The notes under the pieces: model-generated
The model's input: only the letters and a program-made list of their open reading frames with translations
What the model was told of the DNA's origin: nothing
The model's database searches: none
Assembly (NCBI GenBank): GCA_964016885.1
Contig: OZ024747.1
Span: forward strand, 75,950,001-76,014,000
DNA: 64,000 nucleotides
Source of the DNA: Eledone cirrhosa
Lineage: Eukaryota
Direction: 5' to 3'
Program-made: the position numbers and the translations under genes
Part shown: piece by piece, positions 16,170-30,704 of the stretch
Layout of the letters: every line of letters begins with the position of its first letter
Position numbering within the stretch: position 1 is the stretch's first letter

Positions 16170-16201
<32 letters not shown>

Positions 16202-17106
16202 ATATATATATATACATTAAAAAATATAATGCATATATATGAGGCACATTTCACTTTGTGTTCCAAAATCGTTACGAAGAGTACCTAACGGTTTATCTTG
16301 TTTACCCTCATTATTTTAGTAGTTCTTTGTACTTTCTTCGGATCATACGGATCAAGGTTTTATTATTTTTAAGGTGCTCAACGACTACTAGTTTTATAGG
16401 CTAAATACTGTCTTTTCCCCTTCAATGAGTGCTGAATCTAGTCCTAATTGTTTTGAATTTCACTTCCAGCAGTAGACATCCGACGTTTCAGATGATAATT
16501 ATATGAAACATGTCCAAGATATGATATTTTCAAATCTTGTCACTAACGCAAGAAACAACTTTATTTACATTTATGGAATTGTAAGAAATTGATTCGTAAT
16601 TCATTTACTGTTTTTATGTAAATATCATCATCATCATCATCATCATTCTCTTGACTTCTGTAGTCGTCGGGGGGACCCTACTGCAGAAACAGCACACATC
16701 CAAAATAGTCTATGAACAGCGGCCGTCAATAAATCTGGTGTAGTATTTTGTTGTAAATATAATCACAACGCAATATATTCTGTACACATTTATGTTCCTT
16801 CTTACAGATAAATGTATACACGCGTCACATTTAGTTGAGTCATATTCTCAAATTGCGATCAACCAGTTAATGATGTAAACAAAACAGACGAAATTCTCTC
16901 TTCCTTTAAATACCTACAGAAAATAGCCAGGAAGTTCTGTACCCTGCAGTTTATCAAGGAAACAGAAAGCTTAATTAAGCGAATATCTTGAATATGGAAA
17001 AATGATTTTAAAATTCCACGTAAAAAATGTCAAGGGTATCATTATATTTATTTGTATATATTGCACAACATTGCACAGCTGAATGGTGCAAGGGAAATAA
17101 TATATG

Positions 17107-17155
<49 letters not shown>

Positions 17156-17160
<5 letters not shown>

Positions 17161-17445
17161 TGACATACACTGACATAGTAGATGGTTAAGATTCAGACTG
17201 AATCTTAACCATCTACTATGTCAGGGTATGTCATGCATCATCTTATTTTATCTGATGAGAACGTACTGTTGAACTTAACTCAGTACCTCTGAAATATGTC
17301 TAATAAAATATCACAAGAATATCTATTTTGGTAATATTTTGAATTAATATTAATAACTCTGAAAAACCTTTACTGTTGAGTGCTTCCAATATATTGTAAA
17401 ACTCATTCTTTGATGTATTCATTGAACCTTGTTTAACTTTTAAAT
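17156..17445 (+). mobile_element. (TA)n-embedded element with a 41-bp-arm palindrome followed by a hammerhead-like motif
   Basis: Arms at 17156-17196 and 17198-17238 (1 mismatch, 1-nt centre). CTGATGA at 17252, GAAA at 17291, stem I TATTTTAT/ATAAAATA. TA tracts on both sides. Confidence 0.6.
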
Positions 17446-17555
17446 ATATATATATATATTTATAGTTAGACAGATATATTGCACTGCTGAATGTTGCTGC
17501 AAAAGGAAGTTTTATATATATAAATGTGTCTGGCTCCCCCCCCCCCCCCTCTCTC

Positions 17556-17667
<112 letters not shown>

Positions 17668-17930
17668 CGATAAAACAACGTGAATTCTCCATAGAAGGGC
17701 AGAAAGCTTTACCAATAATGGATCTCTTGTGTAACAGAAACAGTATGTAATCAAATAAAAATATTTGTTTCTTATAATAGGAGAAATCTTAACTGTTTAG
17801 AAAACGGTAACTCTGCCATTTCAATTGCAAGACGTCACAACATTGGTATAAGTCCTACACCAAGATAATTCCATAACGATTTAGTTTACCAGCTGCAGGA
17901 TATAATAAGTATTACTATATGTGGGTTGTT

Positions 17931-18143
17931 AGGGTGACAGTATCGGTAGGGCATCATACCACATGCTTTGTAGCATATACTTACGTCCTTTTACGTTCTG
18001 AGATCAAATCCTGCTGAGGGTAGCTTTGAATGTCATCCTTACAGTGTCGATAAGGTAAATACCAGTAATGCACTGGAGTCTATTTAATCGACTTTCCCCT
18101 TCCCCCCAAATTGTTGGCCTTGTGCCTAAATCAGAAACTATTA
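17931..18143 (+). mobile_element. tRNA-derived SINE family A (long-tail form)
   Basis: Degenerate box B (GAGATCAAATCC), shared core (CATCCTTAC..GTCGATAA..TACCAGTAATGCACTGG) and GGCCTTGTGCC tail found in many copies in the window. Confidence 0.85.
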
Positions 18144-18149
18144 CATGTG

Positions 18150-18960
18150 CGTTGGCTCGTCCCTCTGAGAAGCCAAATACGCATGATCTGGCAATGTTGT
18201 TGTTGGTATAGATTTCTCACTCTGTTATACACACTATATCGAGCAATCACCATAACACAGACATAGCTTAGCCATTTTCATAACTTATGATTTGAAGTTA
18301 GAATAAAGGTTCATGACTTAGTGATTGGTGGTATGAACACTGAAATGGACACCATGAATGAGATTAACATTCCTCTTTGATTTCTTATAGATTGAATGGG
18401 TGGACATAAACTGGTGACTGGTAAGATTTAAAGAGGACTAATTTATCGCAATTCTTTATGATTTAGGAGAAGCTACTGTATGGTTATGACCGTCACAATA
18501 AATGACTGTAAGGTATAGAGGTAAATACAGATATAAACCTTGTAACGTCTAATTTGTTATATAATTCTTGTTAACTGGAAGCTGAAGGATTATATGGGGT
18601 TTAGTACATGAATGTTTAACTGGATTTATTGAGTAATAATATATCCACAGAAATTATTTTTTATTGAGGCTGGTTTTGGGACATATATATACGGACTTTG
18701 ATGTAAAATGTATTTGCATATCGTTAATTTCCATAAGTATGGTTGCCAATTTATTTATAGATATACACATGGGTTTATTGGATGTCCAACACATATAACG
18801 TCCATCATACACAGCTTGTCACACTTACACAAACGAGATCTGGCCTCCTTACAATCCTTGAACTGCATCTTGTTTCATCCATAAACATATGTATCTTTCG
18901 TTCAACGAGTTCTGACAGGATGATTCTAGGGTGGGGCACCGCCATATATAATCAATATAT
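18150..18960 (-). pseudogene. Possible decayed Cys-rich (somatomedin-B-like) receptor ectodomain fragment
   Basis: Minus-strand peptides ESSCQNS, LCKCDKLCMM and LCLCYGDCS, interrupted by stops and frameshifts. Motif resemblance only. Confidence 0.25.
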
Positions 18961-19237
18961 TTTTAGAATCGTTTGGCGAAAGGAAGTTTGAGAGTATCAA
19001 TGCAGGATCTACGTTGTTTGGATATGAAAAATATTTTTATAATTTGGGCATAAAAACTGTGAATACGGAAAACAAAATGTACAGCTCATCCCAGGGCCGG
19101 TGGCGTGTAAAATATCTTCGGTATACAGGGTTTATATGACCAACACAGAAGACTGTTTTTCATTGTCAAAGAACGTTGATGTTTCTTACAAATTTTCAAT
19201 ATATAGTTATCGAGAGAGAGAGAAAGAGAGAGAATGA

Positions 19238-19273
<36 letters not shown>

Positions 19274-19277
19274 GAGC

Positions 19278-19343
<66 letters not shown>

Positions 19344-19563
19344 TAAGGGATAAAGTATGTTAGTGGCAGCACAACGCATACACGCTCGAAAAAATATAAT
19401 GTGGAATAAATTAATAAATTAATAGGGAATTACAATGATTCGTGGTAAAAGGCGCAAAAGTGTAGAAAGGCATAAGAGTTATGAGAATACTCGCAGACAC
19501 ACAGATGAGTGAGATATGGAGGGAGAGAACGGAGAGAGAGAGAGAGAGGGAGAGGGAGAGGGA

Positions 19564-19615
<52 letters not shown>

Positions 19616-20079
19616 CAAAAGAAATACCGAATATAAGTAATATAAGAAGTGGTGGTAAGGTTTTCAACTAAAACATCTCCAAGATAAGAAATTAATATAT
19701 TCTAAGAAAAGTAACAGCAAAAATCTAAACGTATTAATGGTCGACTATCTGAAACTATTTGATCTCATTAGAATCGAACGGTGCTATATATCTAGGTGTG
19801 TATGTTTGCTGCGGTGGGTGTTTGTTTTTGTAGTATATATGGAGCTATTTTATTTGATCTTACTTTACTTTTACTATTTGTTTTGTTATATTTGGTTATA
19901 TTTAGGAACGAATGAGTTTGAATGAGAAAAGAGTGTAAAAGGACAAATGTATGCATAACACATAGGTACGAACGTATACAAAACACACACACATATATAT
20001 ATATACATATATATACATACATATATGTATACATACATATATATTATGAAAATATATATATATACATACATATATATAT

Positions 20080-20124
<45 letters not shown>

Positions 20125-20357
20125 TATATACACACACATATATACACCCATCACTCACACATATATATATACACATACATACATACACACACACACACAC
20201 ATATATATATATAAACCATAAGCTAAAGTACGTGTTTAACTCAACACATATCAAACAACCACCTGAATATTCCTGACAATTTGCATATAAATTTCTATAA
20301 ATTAGCATAAGGAATACTGTTATCCCTCCAATACGTCATATTTATTCTTGTCTCACT

Positions 20358-20542
20358 AATAATTGTTTCTACTTTTGGCACAAGGCCAGCAATTAACCAG
20401 TGCATTACTGGTACTTTATTTTATCGACCTCGTAAGGTTGAAAGGCAAAGTTAACCTCAGCGGGATTTGAACTCAGATCATAAAGGGCCGTAACTCTTTG
20501 CTGCAAAGCATGGCGTCCGATCCTCTACCGATACTGACAATT
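20358..20542 (-). mobile_element. SINE family A (short-tail form)
   Basis: Reverse complement of the family sequence, including GGATTTGAACTC (box B) and the GGCACAAGGCC tail. Confidence 0.9.
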
Positions 20543-20621
20543 CATATATATATAATACGCATTCATACTTACATGCATACGTATATTCATACCCCCACAT
20601 AATCGCCCACACATATGTGTT

Positions 20622-20694
<73 letters not shown>

Positions 20695-21035
20695 ATATAT
20701 ATATGTATATGTGTATATATGTATATATATGTGTGTATATATATATATATAAATGGAATAGAATGAAACGAAATTTCAACCATTTGGCAGGAAGGTACAC
20801 GATGCTGATGATAGCTAATAAGCTTGAAACTAGTACATCGTTCCTGTGTCAGTGTTGAACAAAAAGGTGACGTGGTTGCCTAAACACTGTACGGCGTAAT
20901 TCGGGCTGTTTGTTTGTTTACAAACAAACCGAGCATTGTAATAAATGTTCGGTAAACCGATACGTGCATATATAAATGTGTGCATGTATGTATATATATA
21001 CATGCTACTGTACGTCTGTATACATATATGTACGT

Positions 21036-21066
<31 letters not shown>

Positions 21067-21179
21067 CATATATGTATACACACACACACACATATATATA
21101 TATATACATATATATATACACACACACACACATATATATATATACATATATATGTATATATGTGTGTGTATATATACAT

Positions 21180-21304
<125 letters not shown>

Positions 21305-22072
21305 TATATATTTATATATATATATACACACACACATATATATATATATTTATATATATATATACACACACACATATATATATATATCTATATTTATATA
21401 TATATATATATGTATATATATCTATAGAAATACACGCACACAGACAAGACACACACAGACATACATCTATATATATATAATTATGCAATGTCAATATGCT
21501 AAGTGGATATCGGGGAATAAATTTCAGGAAAATATAACGAAGTATAGAGAAAATAACGACGTTATAAAAGACAGTATATAGAGAGGGAGAGCAATAGAAT
21601 CACACAAGGATTATAATGTATATTCATAGACATTTATATATGTTCAATGGATGTATGAGAGGGGATATTGGAACCATCTGTAACATTGTTATAATAGTAA
21701 AGTATTCAGCCTTGATTTAATTACGATTCGATAGACATTCCGACAACACACTGACTGTAAAATATATAGTTCTGAGTTTCTGTTAGACTACGTTAGATTA
21801 TGAAAAGAAGTTTTTGTCTCTTGCAGTTTCTAACAATGTATTTTAATGTAGTAAGAACCATTGTTAAACTTGTGTTAGATAATTATTAAATTTCATTTTA
21901 ATGCCATAAGTGTTCAAGTATAGTATCATTGGTTTCAGGTTTTCAACGAGCCAATTCTTGGTTTATTGCGTTTCTGTCGACGAGGGTGTCAAGAAATGAA
22001 TAGAAGATGGAAGGGAAAATAGACGACAGAATCCTATCAAAGAAAACCTAACTTAAGTTTATGTGTTAGTTG

Positions 22073-22118
22073 TTGTCTGATGACCCTGTGATACACAGGC
22101 GAAACTCCAGAGTAACAA
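22073..22118 (+). ncRNA. Type I hammerhead ribozyme motif
   Basis: TTGT-CTGATGA-C-CCTGTG-ATA-CACAGG-C-GAAA-CTC-CA-GAG-TA-ACAA. All three stems pair; there is a C-C mismatch at the base of stem II. Confidence 0.8.
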
Positions 22119-22311
22119 GACTCAGTTTTTAACCTTAATAATATTGAAGGGGAAATGCCTTCCCTATTCTGTCCGCCGGGGCTGTGGGGCGGCCAGCACG
22201 CGGGACCTCACTTGCTCACCATACAGAGAGATGAGGAGGTCGAGAGAGATTTTCATATTTACACGTTTACATATTGACACCCCAACCAATCCTATATATA
22301 TATATATATAT

Positions 22312-22414
<103 letters not shown>

Positions 22415-22446
22415 TGTTTGTGCGTATGTGTGTGCGTCTGTGTGTG

Positions 22447-22538
22447 TAATAGTGGTTTTTGATTTAGGCATAAGGCCAGCATTTTGAAGGGGATGGGAAC
22501 GTCGATTAAATCGACCCCAGTGCATTACTGGTGCTTTA
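22447..22538 (-). mobile_element. SINE family A 3' fragment (long-tail form)
   Basis: GGCATAAGGCCAGC...GTCGATTAAATCGACCCCAGTGCATTACTGGT, truncated at a TA tract. Confidence 0.8.
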
Positions 22539-22553
22539 TATATATATATATAT

Positions 22554-23273
22554 ATATTAGAAAGATCGAGTATCGAAAAATCGGCGCACGAGTTCACGAT
22601 AAACGAGATTCGACATGAGCGGCAGAGGGCTCAATAATTCAGATGAATCAGAGCTATAACTATCGTTAAAATACCGTCACATATAGAACAAGTCTACAAT
22701 CAACCATACGATATAAAATCGAAAAAGGAAGATTCGGGACAAACAGATAAAAAATATCAATAAAACAATACGTCAATAATTTAAATGAATGTAAAATCAT
22801 ACCCGGACCCACTAGACAGGTGTTAAATCTAGCTTCATGGGTTTCTGTAAATCATTAGACTGTACTCTATCAGCTCACATATAAATATAAAAGCCTACTA
22901 GAGCAAGCGGAACGGAGTTTTACTTTCTCAACGAGCTTTTTTCCTGGCGGTAGAGGAGCTAACTACCAGTGAAAAACGCACATGGCATTAGACAAGGGAG
23001 ATAACCCCTATATCCGCGAAAACAATTCGAGTGAATGTGGAAATACACATATCGAATTAGAGTGCTCAATAGACATGTTAAAATAAAACAAAAGCTATTC
23101 ATCACTCAATAGAATCGACAAAAAATGAGCAATAAAATTAACTGGTGGATAGCTATGTCCAGAGCTAAATATATTAGAAAGATCGAGTATCGAAAAATCG
23201 GCGTACGAGTTCACGATAAACGAGATTCGACATGAGCGGCAGAGGGCTCAATAATTCAGATGAATCAGAGCTA

Positions 23274-23280
<7 letters not shown>
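22554..23280. mobile_element. Unclassified 727-bp (TA)n-embedded element with 110-bp terminal direct repeats
   Basis: 22554-22663 and 23171-23280 differ at 1 position. (TA)n on both sides. No ORF. Confidence 0.6.
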
Positions 23281-23326
<46 letters not shown>

Positions 23327-23948
23327 TATTGCTGTTTTGAGGGTAATCTCCTCCCTTACTCAGTCTCAGATGCTCTGACGGAGCCGTTTGCGTTGGGCAT
23401 TCTGTTGCAAACATTCAGACCAGACCATCGGACTGAGAATAATAATCACCATCCTTCCACCAAACTCGAAATAACTAGCAAATACCATGGTTTCTGCTCT
23501 TGAAATTCTCCGTTAGTCATAAATTAAATAAAGAGATATATTTGCGCTTTTTCTCTTTCTTCAGCAAAAGCATAACTATTCTGTATTAACATTATTTCTT
23601 TGATACGAGGCAGAATAACATTGTGATAAAAATGACACTAAGACGAAGATAACTATAACATTTCTTCGGATTTTAGTTGCTGACTAAATAATTATTATAT
23701 TTCTTATTAGATAGATTCAAATTATATCTGTGCTTCTGTACAAGAAAATAAAAAGATAATGTCATTGTTTTATTTAACTAAATTTTGCTTCTGTCATCAT
23801 ATGTTTAAACAAACACCTTTAGATGTTAGTTCCAACGAAAAGAAAAATAAGTTTACAATTATGAAACTTTCAAGAATGCAGGTTAACATTAAGAAATTCA
23901 TCCAAGAGGCATCATCAGCAAGAGATTTATAGAATGAGGCAGTGTGAA

Positions 23949-24058
<110 letters not shown>

Positions 24059-24323
24059 GGAAAGATGGTGCAAAAAAAAAAGAAGGTAGTCTTATAATTA
24101 TATTGCAAAAATTTGAAATAAGCAAAATAAAATTTAGTTTTTATTGAAGTGCAATGTAAGATGCCCTTGAAACATATAAAATCTATTTAGCTGAAATAGT
24201 TTTTATAGCAAAACACTTTTAATGTTTAACGTATTTTAACAAGACTTTTGTGAAAACTGTAAATTATATAAATATATGTATGTATATATATACAGACACA
24301 GATGCAGACGGACAGATAGACAG

Positions 24324-24396
<73 letters not shown>

Positions 24397-24706
24397 TATA
24401 CATTTCTACTTACATCTTTGTTTCTGATTTTATTTTTATGATCATAAAGATCGCAATTAAAGACGATCACATTCCTAAAATACATTAGATAAACGAGGCG
24501 TTTTAACTTTAAAGGAAAGCGCTCTCGAAATTTAATTTGCCAAACAATTATTTCATCTCTTGAATAATAATTCTAGGAGGGATGTTGAACAAATTCTTTG
24601 CTTTGTAGGCTTCTTCCAATATATATATGTATGTATGTAAAAGGTAAACAGAAATAACAACACAATCGGTACAGTATATGGAAGGGATATATTAGGTTAA
24701 TGCTTG

Positions 24707-24799
<93 letters not shown>

Positions 24800-25693
24800 C
24801 TTCTACAGGACTGGAACTGTTTCATTCGTGAGAAATCATCGTGTGTGTGTGTGTATTTGTGTGTGTGTGCGTGTGCGTGTGCGTGTGCGTGTATAAATAA
24901 TTACAACAGTGACATAAACAGGTACTTAAGTTTCGTTGGGTTCTGGAGCCCAACTCATTTAGCCTGTTATAAAAGAAATAAAAATAAAGATGATCGCCTA
25001 GGGTTGAATGTGTTTCCCTTTTAGAAATATATCAGAAGTGTTCAAAAAAAAGGCAGCTAATTTAGAAATTATTTAGAAAAAAATGTTTTCTTTTAAATTA
25101 GACGGTAAGATCAATGGGGGTAACTCTTGAGAGACCACAGCCAAGCTTGAATAAATATAGAAGAAAAATGATTTTTTCTAACTGAGTCAAAGAATACAAT
25201 TTCCCTGATATACAACGTAGTCAGTAAATCGAAGTATACTTCTAGACCTGTTTGTCAGGTCTAAGCCATTTACTCAAAATATACTCCTTCTCATGGAGAC
25301 AACCACCAAAGCAATCAGGCTGTGTGTTGAGGCAATGTTTATCTGGAGCTAGTTGTGAGAGTATATACCATTTTTAAGAATTACGATGTCGACAAAATGT
25401 TGACCCATTCACGTAGGCGGTAGATCATTCTAATATCCTTCCTTTGGTAGAAAAAGGCGTGCCGTTGTTCCTAAGGCTTTATCGTGATTTTCGAGCTGGG
25501 TGGCATGTTTTTGTCGGGATATCTGAAGGTCGTTTCGTGATTCACGTACCGGTTTTTAAATCACGTACTCTCCAGATCACAGCCCTACATCTAATTAGAA
25601 AAACCCTAGACATTGCGAAAGAAACTATTAAGTAGTTATGAGATATACAATGTGACTGGCAAATATTTTGTGAGTTTCTGTATTATCTCCCTA

Positions 25694-25930
25694 AAAGTCT
25701 AAAGTATGTTTTGAGCTTGGAGGCTCATCTGAGTGTTTCTTATCCCAGTTTCCGTGGCTTAAGGCGACTGAGATTACAGGACTCCCCGCTGGAGAGGATG
25801 CTCGTCCCTCGCAGGTTTAAACGCCCAGCTATTTCTGGTATTCATCCTTAGTTGTATATACTGGAGCAACGTGAAATGAAGTGTGTTTTGCTTAAGGACA
25901 CAACTCAGCCAAGGAATTGAACCTACGGCA
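25694..25930 (-). mobile_element. tRNA-derived SINE family B (decayed)
   Basis: The minus strand reads GGTTCAATTCC (box B) then GTTGTGTCCTTAAGCAAAACACACTTCATTTCACGTTGCTCCAGT, recalled as typical of CORE/V-type SINE bodies. Confidence 0.6.
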
Positions 25931-26717
25931 TTATTTAAAAACAATTCATTGAAATTCAGTTCATGGATAAATTCTTTCTGTAAGGATGTTTCGATACCCT
26001 AATGTCATAGGGGTAGATTTATCTCGCACTCGCGTATGATATGCACTTAGTATTGCATGACACGTTTCAAAACTTTGGCCCAGCGATTTAGAAAATGATT
26101 AAGGTATTTTGACATAAAATCTTATTCCTGTAATATGTTTGACTTAACTGAATAATCTACAGTCAGTTAACGTTGTCTGACCTAATCTTTATTGTTTCTA
26201 TTATATTCTATTCTACTCTATTTGTGAATTTGTATGTGCAAACAGTATCTAGTAACACATTAGTGGAGATAAACATTCAACAAGACCAGTCCGCAAAGTC
26301 TTCTCAATTTACAGTTGAACAAATTTAGTTTCTGTCACTTTTCTTCAAAAAAGCAATTTGCAGATCACAATTTCCTTTCACACATCGATACACATACATT
26401 TTTTGGGGTGGAAGGCAGAATTGATTATCTGTTTGAAAACAAAATTGTTTTAGTTCTTTGCCTTCCCAGTGCTGGTGCTCTGTAGCAAATATTCAATGAT
26501 AATTACATTCATTTAACGTTTACAATAACACAGCTGTTATCATAGACGTCTTGCATAATCTGTAAGACTTTTACGTTGAACTGATTTTTTTAGTTATCTC
26601 CAATGTATTCAATACTATATAAACTTTTTTTTTTTAAATCAAAGATAATCTAATATGCTACTCATGGTGTTCGATACATATGTTTGTATATATATATATA
26701 TATATGTATATATATAC

Positions 26718-26841
<124 letters not shown>

Positions 26842-27550
26842 ATGTGTGTATCTATGTATACGTATATGTACACGTATCTCATGTTTTATATATATGGAGT
26901 GTATGAGTATGAGATACAAAAGAAAGATTTATTGTTCAGAGAGAGAGAGAGAGAGAGAGGGAGATAACAAAAGGTAAGACAGACACATTACTATATATAC
27001 ATAATAATAATCAATAATTAAGGCAACCAACGGTATTTAAGATTTAAATTATTCAAGAAACGGACAAAGTCGCTTTAAAAGTAATAAAGAAAACACTTAC
27101 CTATATATATGTTAAATGAAAATTCTTCCTAACATAAAGATAAAGCAAAACTCTTATTATCTATAAAAACTAAAAGAAACTCTTTTTGGATACCCGTAAG
27201 AAATTTAATGTTTTGAATTATATAATTTATGAATTTATATAAGTTTTAAATGTTTATATATTTACAAAAAAGATATAATAAATGTTTTCTTTACCATAAT
27301 CTGAGGTTTTATTCATTTCATAATCTAAAGTTTTATTCATTTCACAATCTGCTTATATATATCATTATACGTTTATTATTAACATTTTGTTTTTAAATAC
27401 AATATGAATTTCAATGTAAAAATAGTTTGTAAAGATCCACACGGCCTAAGTTTGGAGCACTCTCGATAAATGATAGTTTTAAATTATATTTCATATCCTT
27501 TTCTCTGTCTTTTCATATAACCGTAAAGCTACCTTTCCTTTTGATTAGAG

Positions 27551-27828
27551 CAGGCATGTCAACCTGAGGGTCCCCCGAGGACCACATAGATCACATATGT
27601 GTTGTCTGAGGGCCACATGGGTCGCATATGTGTTGTCTGAGGGCCACATGGGTCACATATGTTTGTCTGAGGGCCGCACACGACAACTAATTGCGCATAT
27701 TGCAACTATTTTTTAAAATTTTATATTACGAAGATAAAACATGCTCGCACTGTAAAACCTTTGTGGGGGCCGCACGTGTGCTTGTAAAGGGCTGCATGCA
27801 GCCCGGGGCTGCATATTTATAATGCCTG
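27551..27828. mobile_element. hAT-type MITE with an internal ~31-bp tandem repeat (x3)
   Basis: Termini CAGGCAT...ATGCCTG. 8-bp TSD GATTAGAG (27543-27550) and AATTAGAG (27829-27836). Repeated GGGCCRCA subterminal motifs. Confidence 0.8.
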
Positions 27829-27974
27829 AATTAGAGCATATTTATAAAATCTATGCTTGTTATATATTATCTATGTTGATTATAGACAAATGATGACGCC
27901 AACTAATTCAATATAATATAATGTTTGTGCATAGAAATATTTATTTTTCTAAAGTCAATGTATATTTTTATGTA

Positions 27975-28064
27975 AATGAATATATATATATATATACATA
28001 TATATATACATATATATATATGTACATATATATATATATATTTATATATATATACATATATATA

Positions 28065-28134
<70 letters not shown>

Positions 28135-28168
28135 TATATACATATATATATATGTACATATATATATA

Positions 28169-28208
<40 letters not shown>

Positions 28209-28226
28209 TATATACATATATATATA

Positions 28227-28268
<42 letters not shown>

Positions 28269-28275
28269 TATATAC

Positions 28276-28320
<45 letters not shown>

Positions 28321-28358
28321 TATATATACACATATATATATACATATATATATTGTAC

Positions 28359-28391
<33 letters not shown>

Positions 28392-28409
28392 TATATACAT
28401 ATATATATA

Positions 28410-28482
<73 letters not shown>
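27975..28482. repeat. Compound (TA)n/(TATACA) microsatellite
   Basis: Read directly. Confidence 0.95.
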
Positions 28483-28485
<3 letters not shown>

Positions 28486-28672
28486 AACAAGTAAGACCCC
28501 CAACGGCTGAGCTCAGGCCGTTTCGACGGCTAATTCTGACAGAATTAGCCGTCGAAACGGCTTGAGCTCAGCCGTCGGGGTTTTACTTGTTCCTATTACC
28601 CACTCTACTACCTTAAGTATTGAGTACTTTGGTGCGTTATGGTCCACCTGGTTCCTTACCACATTTCCTTCG

Positions 28673-28674
<2 letters not shown>
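28481..28674 (+). mobile_element. Small (TA)n-embedded foldback element, copy 2
   Basis: Hairpin at 28481-28596 centred on A28539 with about 57-bp arms. Same 3' body as 15268-15448. Confidence 0.7.
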
Positions 28675-28719
<45 letters not shown>

Positions 28720-29503
28720 TTCTGAGGTGAAGTATATTGTACAACAGTATTATGGTGAAGTATAACGTAACTGAAGATGCAGTGTTGCTATGTGAAGTGT
28801 TGTGTAATATTTTATTGTTGTCGTATTTATAATTATTTTTTCAATTCATATTTCAATGGTCTGAAGAAACTTTACAATATTAGTGTTAAATGTCTGAAGC
28901 TCCAGTTGTATTCTTTTGTTTGAGTGCATTTTATTTCACCAAACTTTCACCTGCAATATACTAAATCTAGTCAACAAGTTCCATCTTTTACACCTTTAAG
29001 ACCATCTCTCAAATTATGAAAACAATATTTTATTTATTTTGTCGAGAATTGTTGAAGAATTTTATGGGAAACTATTGTAGCGTAAATGGTATACATAATA
29101 ATTGTAAAACTCCAGCTCCTGATACGAAACATCACCACATATGCTTCGGTATCTCCCCCACTCTCTCTCTCCCATTCTCGTTCATGCAGGCAAAACATAT
29201 GGCCCCACCCTGAGGAGAAACAAGCATTCAAGAATTTTTACATAAAATTTTGTAAAGTAAATAGCAAATATTATACTATATTATATATTATATAACTATA
29301 CGCTCCGTCATTTTGAGGGGTACTATATATATAAATATATATATAACCATTGATCAATCAATGATAAACATTGATTGCCAGATGAATTAACTATAGATAT
29401 ATAAAAGATACAGAAGCGAAAACAAATCAAAACCAAACAGTGAGTGTGTTTTATTATTATTCCTGGCAATATCATAACAAAATGACCCTCTCCAAATATA
29501 AGA

Positions 29504-29586
<83 letters not shown>

Positions 29587-30155
29587 TCTATATATATAGA
29601 GAGAGAGAAAGAGATAGACAAAGAGTGAGAGAAAAGAAGAAAAGAAAGAGAGAGAGGAGGACTGAATATTTGAGTAAATTACATTTCTAGAGTGTGATAT
29701 ATATAAATGCAGAGTATATTAAATATTAAAAATCTAGAAAGAATCATAGCTTTTTATAGACAACATTGATCAATATATAGAGGAAACTACTGTGCAAGAA
29801 AATAGTTCCCTAATCCAAACATTCTGACACCAATAAAAGTTCTGAAAGCAAATGGAGATATTTTACTCTGATCTATAATCAAGATACAATTCAACTGAGT
29901 TCAAATGGCAATTTAAGTTTAAACCAGAGACCAAATAAAATTAACCCGAATAGTAAAATGTAGATAAGACGGGCCATTCTTATCCTCTTTCAAGATAATT
30001 GAACTAGAGTTTGTAAAAAAGGGAAATTCATCTCACACGAAAACGAAACATATGGGTCACTATTAAGGTTAATTGAGTATTCAGGATCGATTTTATTGAT
30101 GATAATGATGATGACAATAGATGACAAGGTTTGTTATTATGAATTCTCTTTCTCT

Positions 30156-30206
<51 letters not shown>

Positions 30207-30213
30207 ATTAAAA

Positions 30214-30329
<116 letters not shown>

Positions 30330-30420
30330 GAGGTTATATTAAATTTGTTGGGATACAACAAGCTAAAATATTTTTTTAACTGATATAAAGCACTCAAATA
30401 GTTTCCATTTGTTAATATAT

Positions 30421-30480
<60 letters not shown>

Positions 30481-30642
30481 ATATTAGATTACTCAGTCAA
30501 AATATATATATTGATACGTGAATTCATACTATACATACATATGGACATGGATACATGCATACATGCATGTATACATACACACATACATATATATATAGAC
30601 ATGTGTGCATGCTTGCATACATACATACATACATATATATAT

Positions 30643-30704
<62 letters not shown>

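Noticed and set aside
16485-16520. Hammerhead-like CAGATGA...GAAACATGTC
   Set aside because: Core mismatch and poor stems; plausibly chance in AT-rich DNA.
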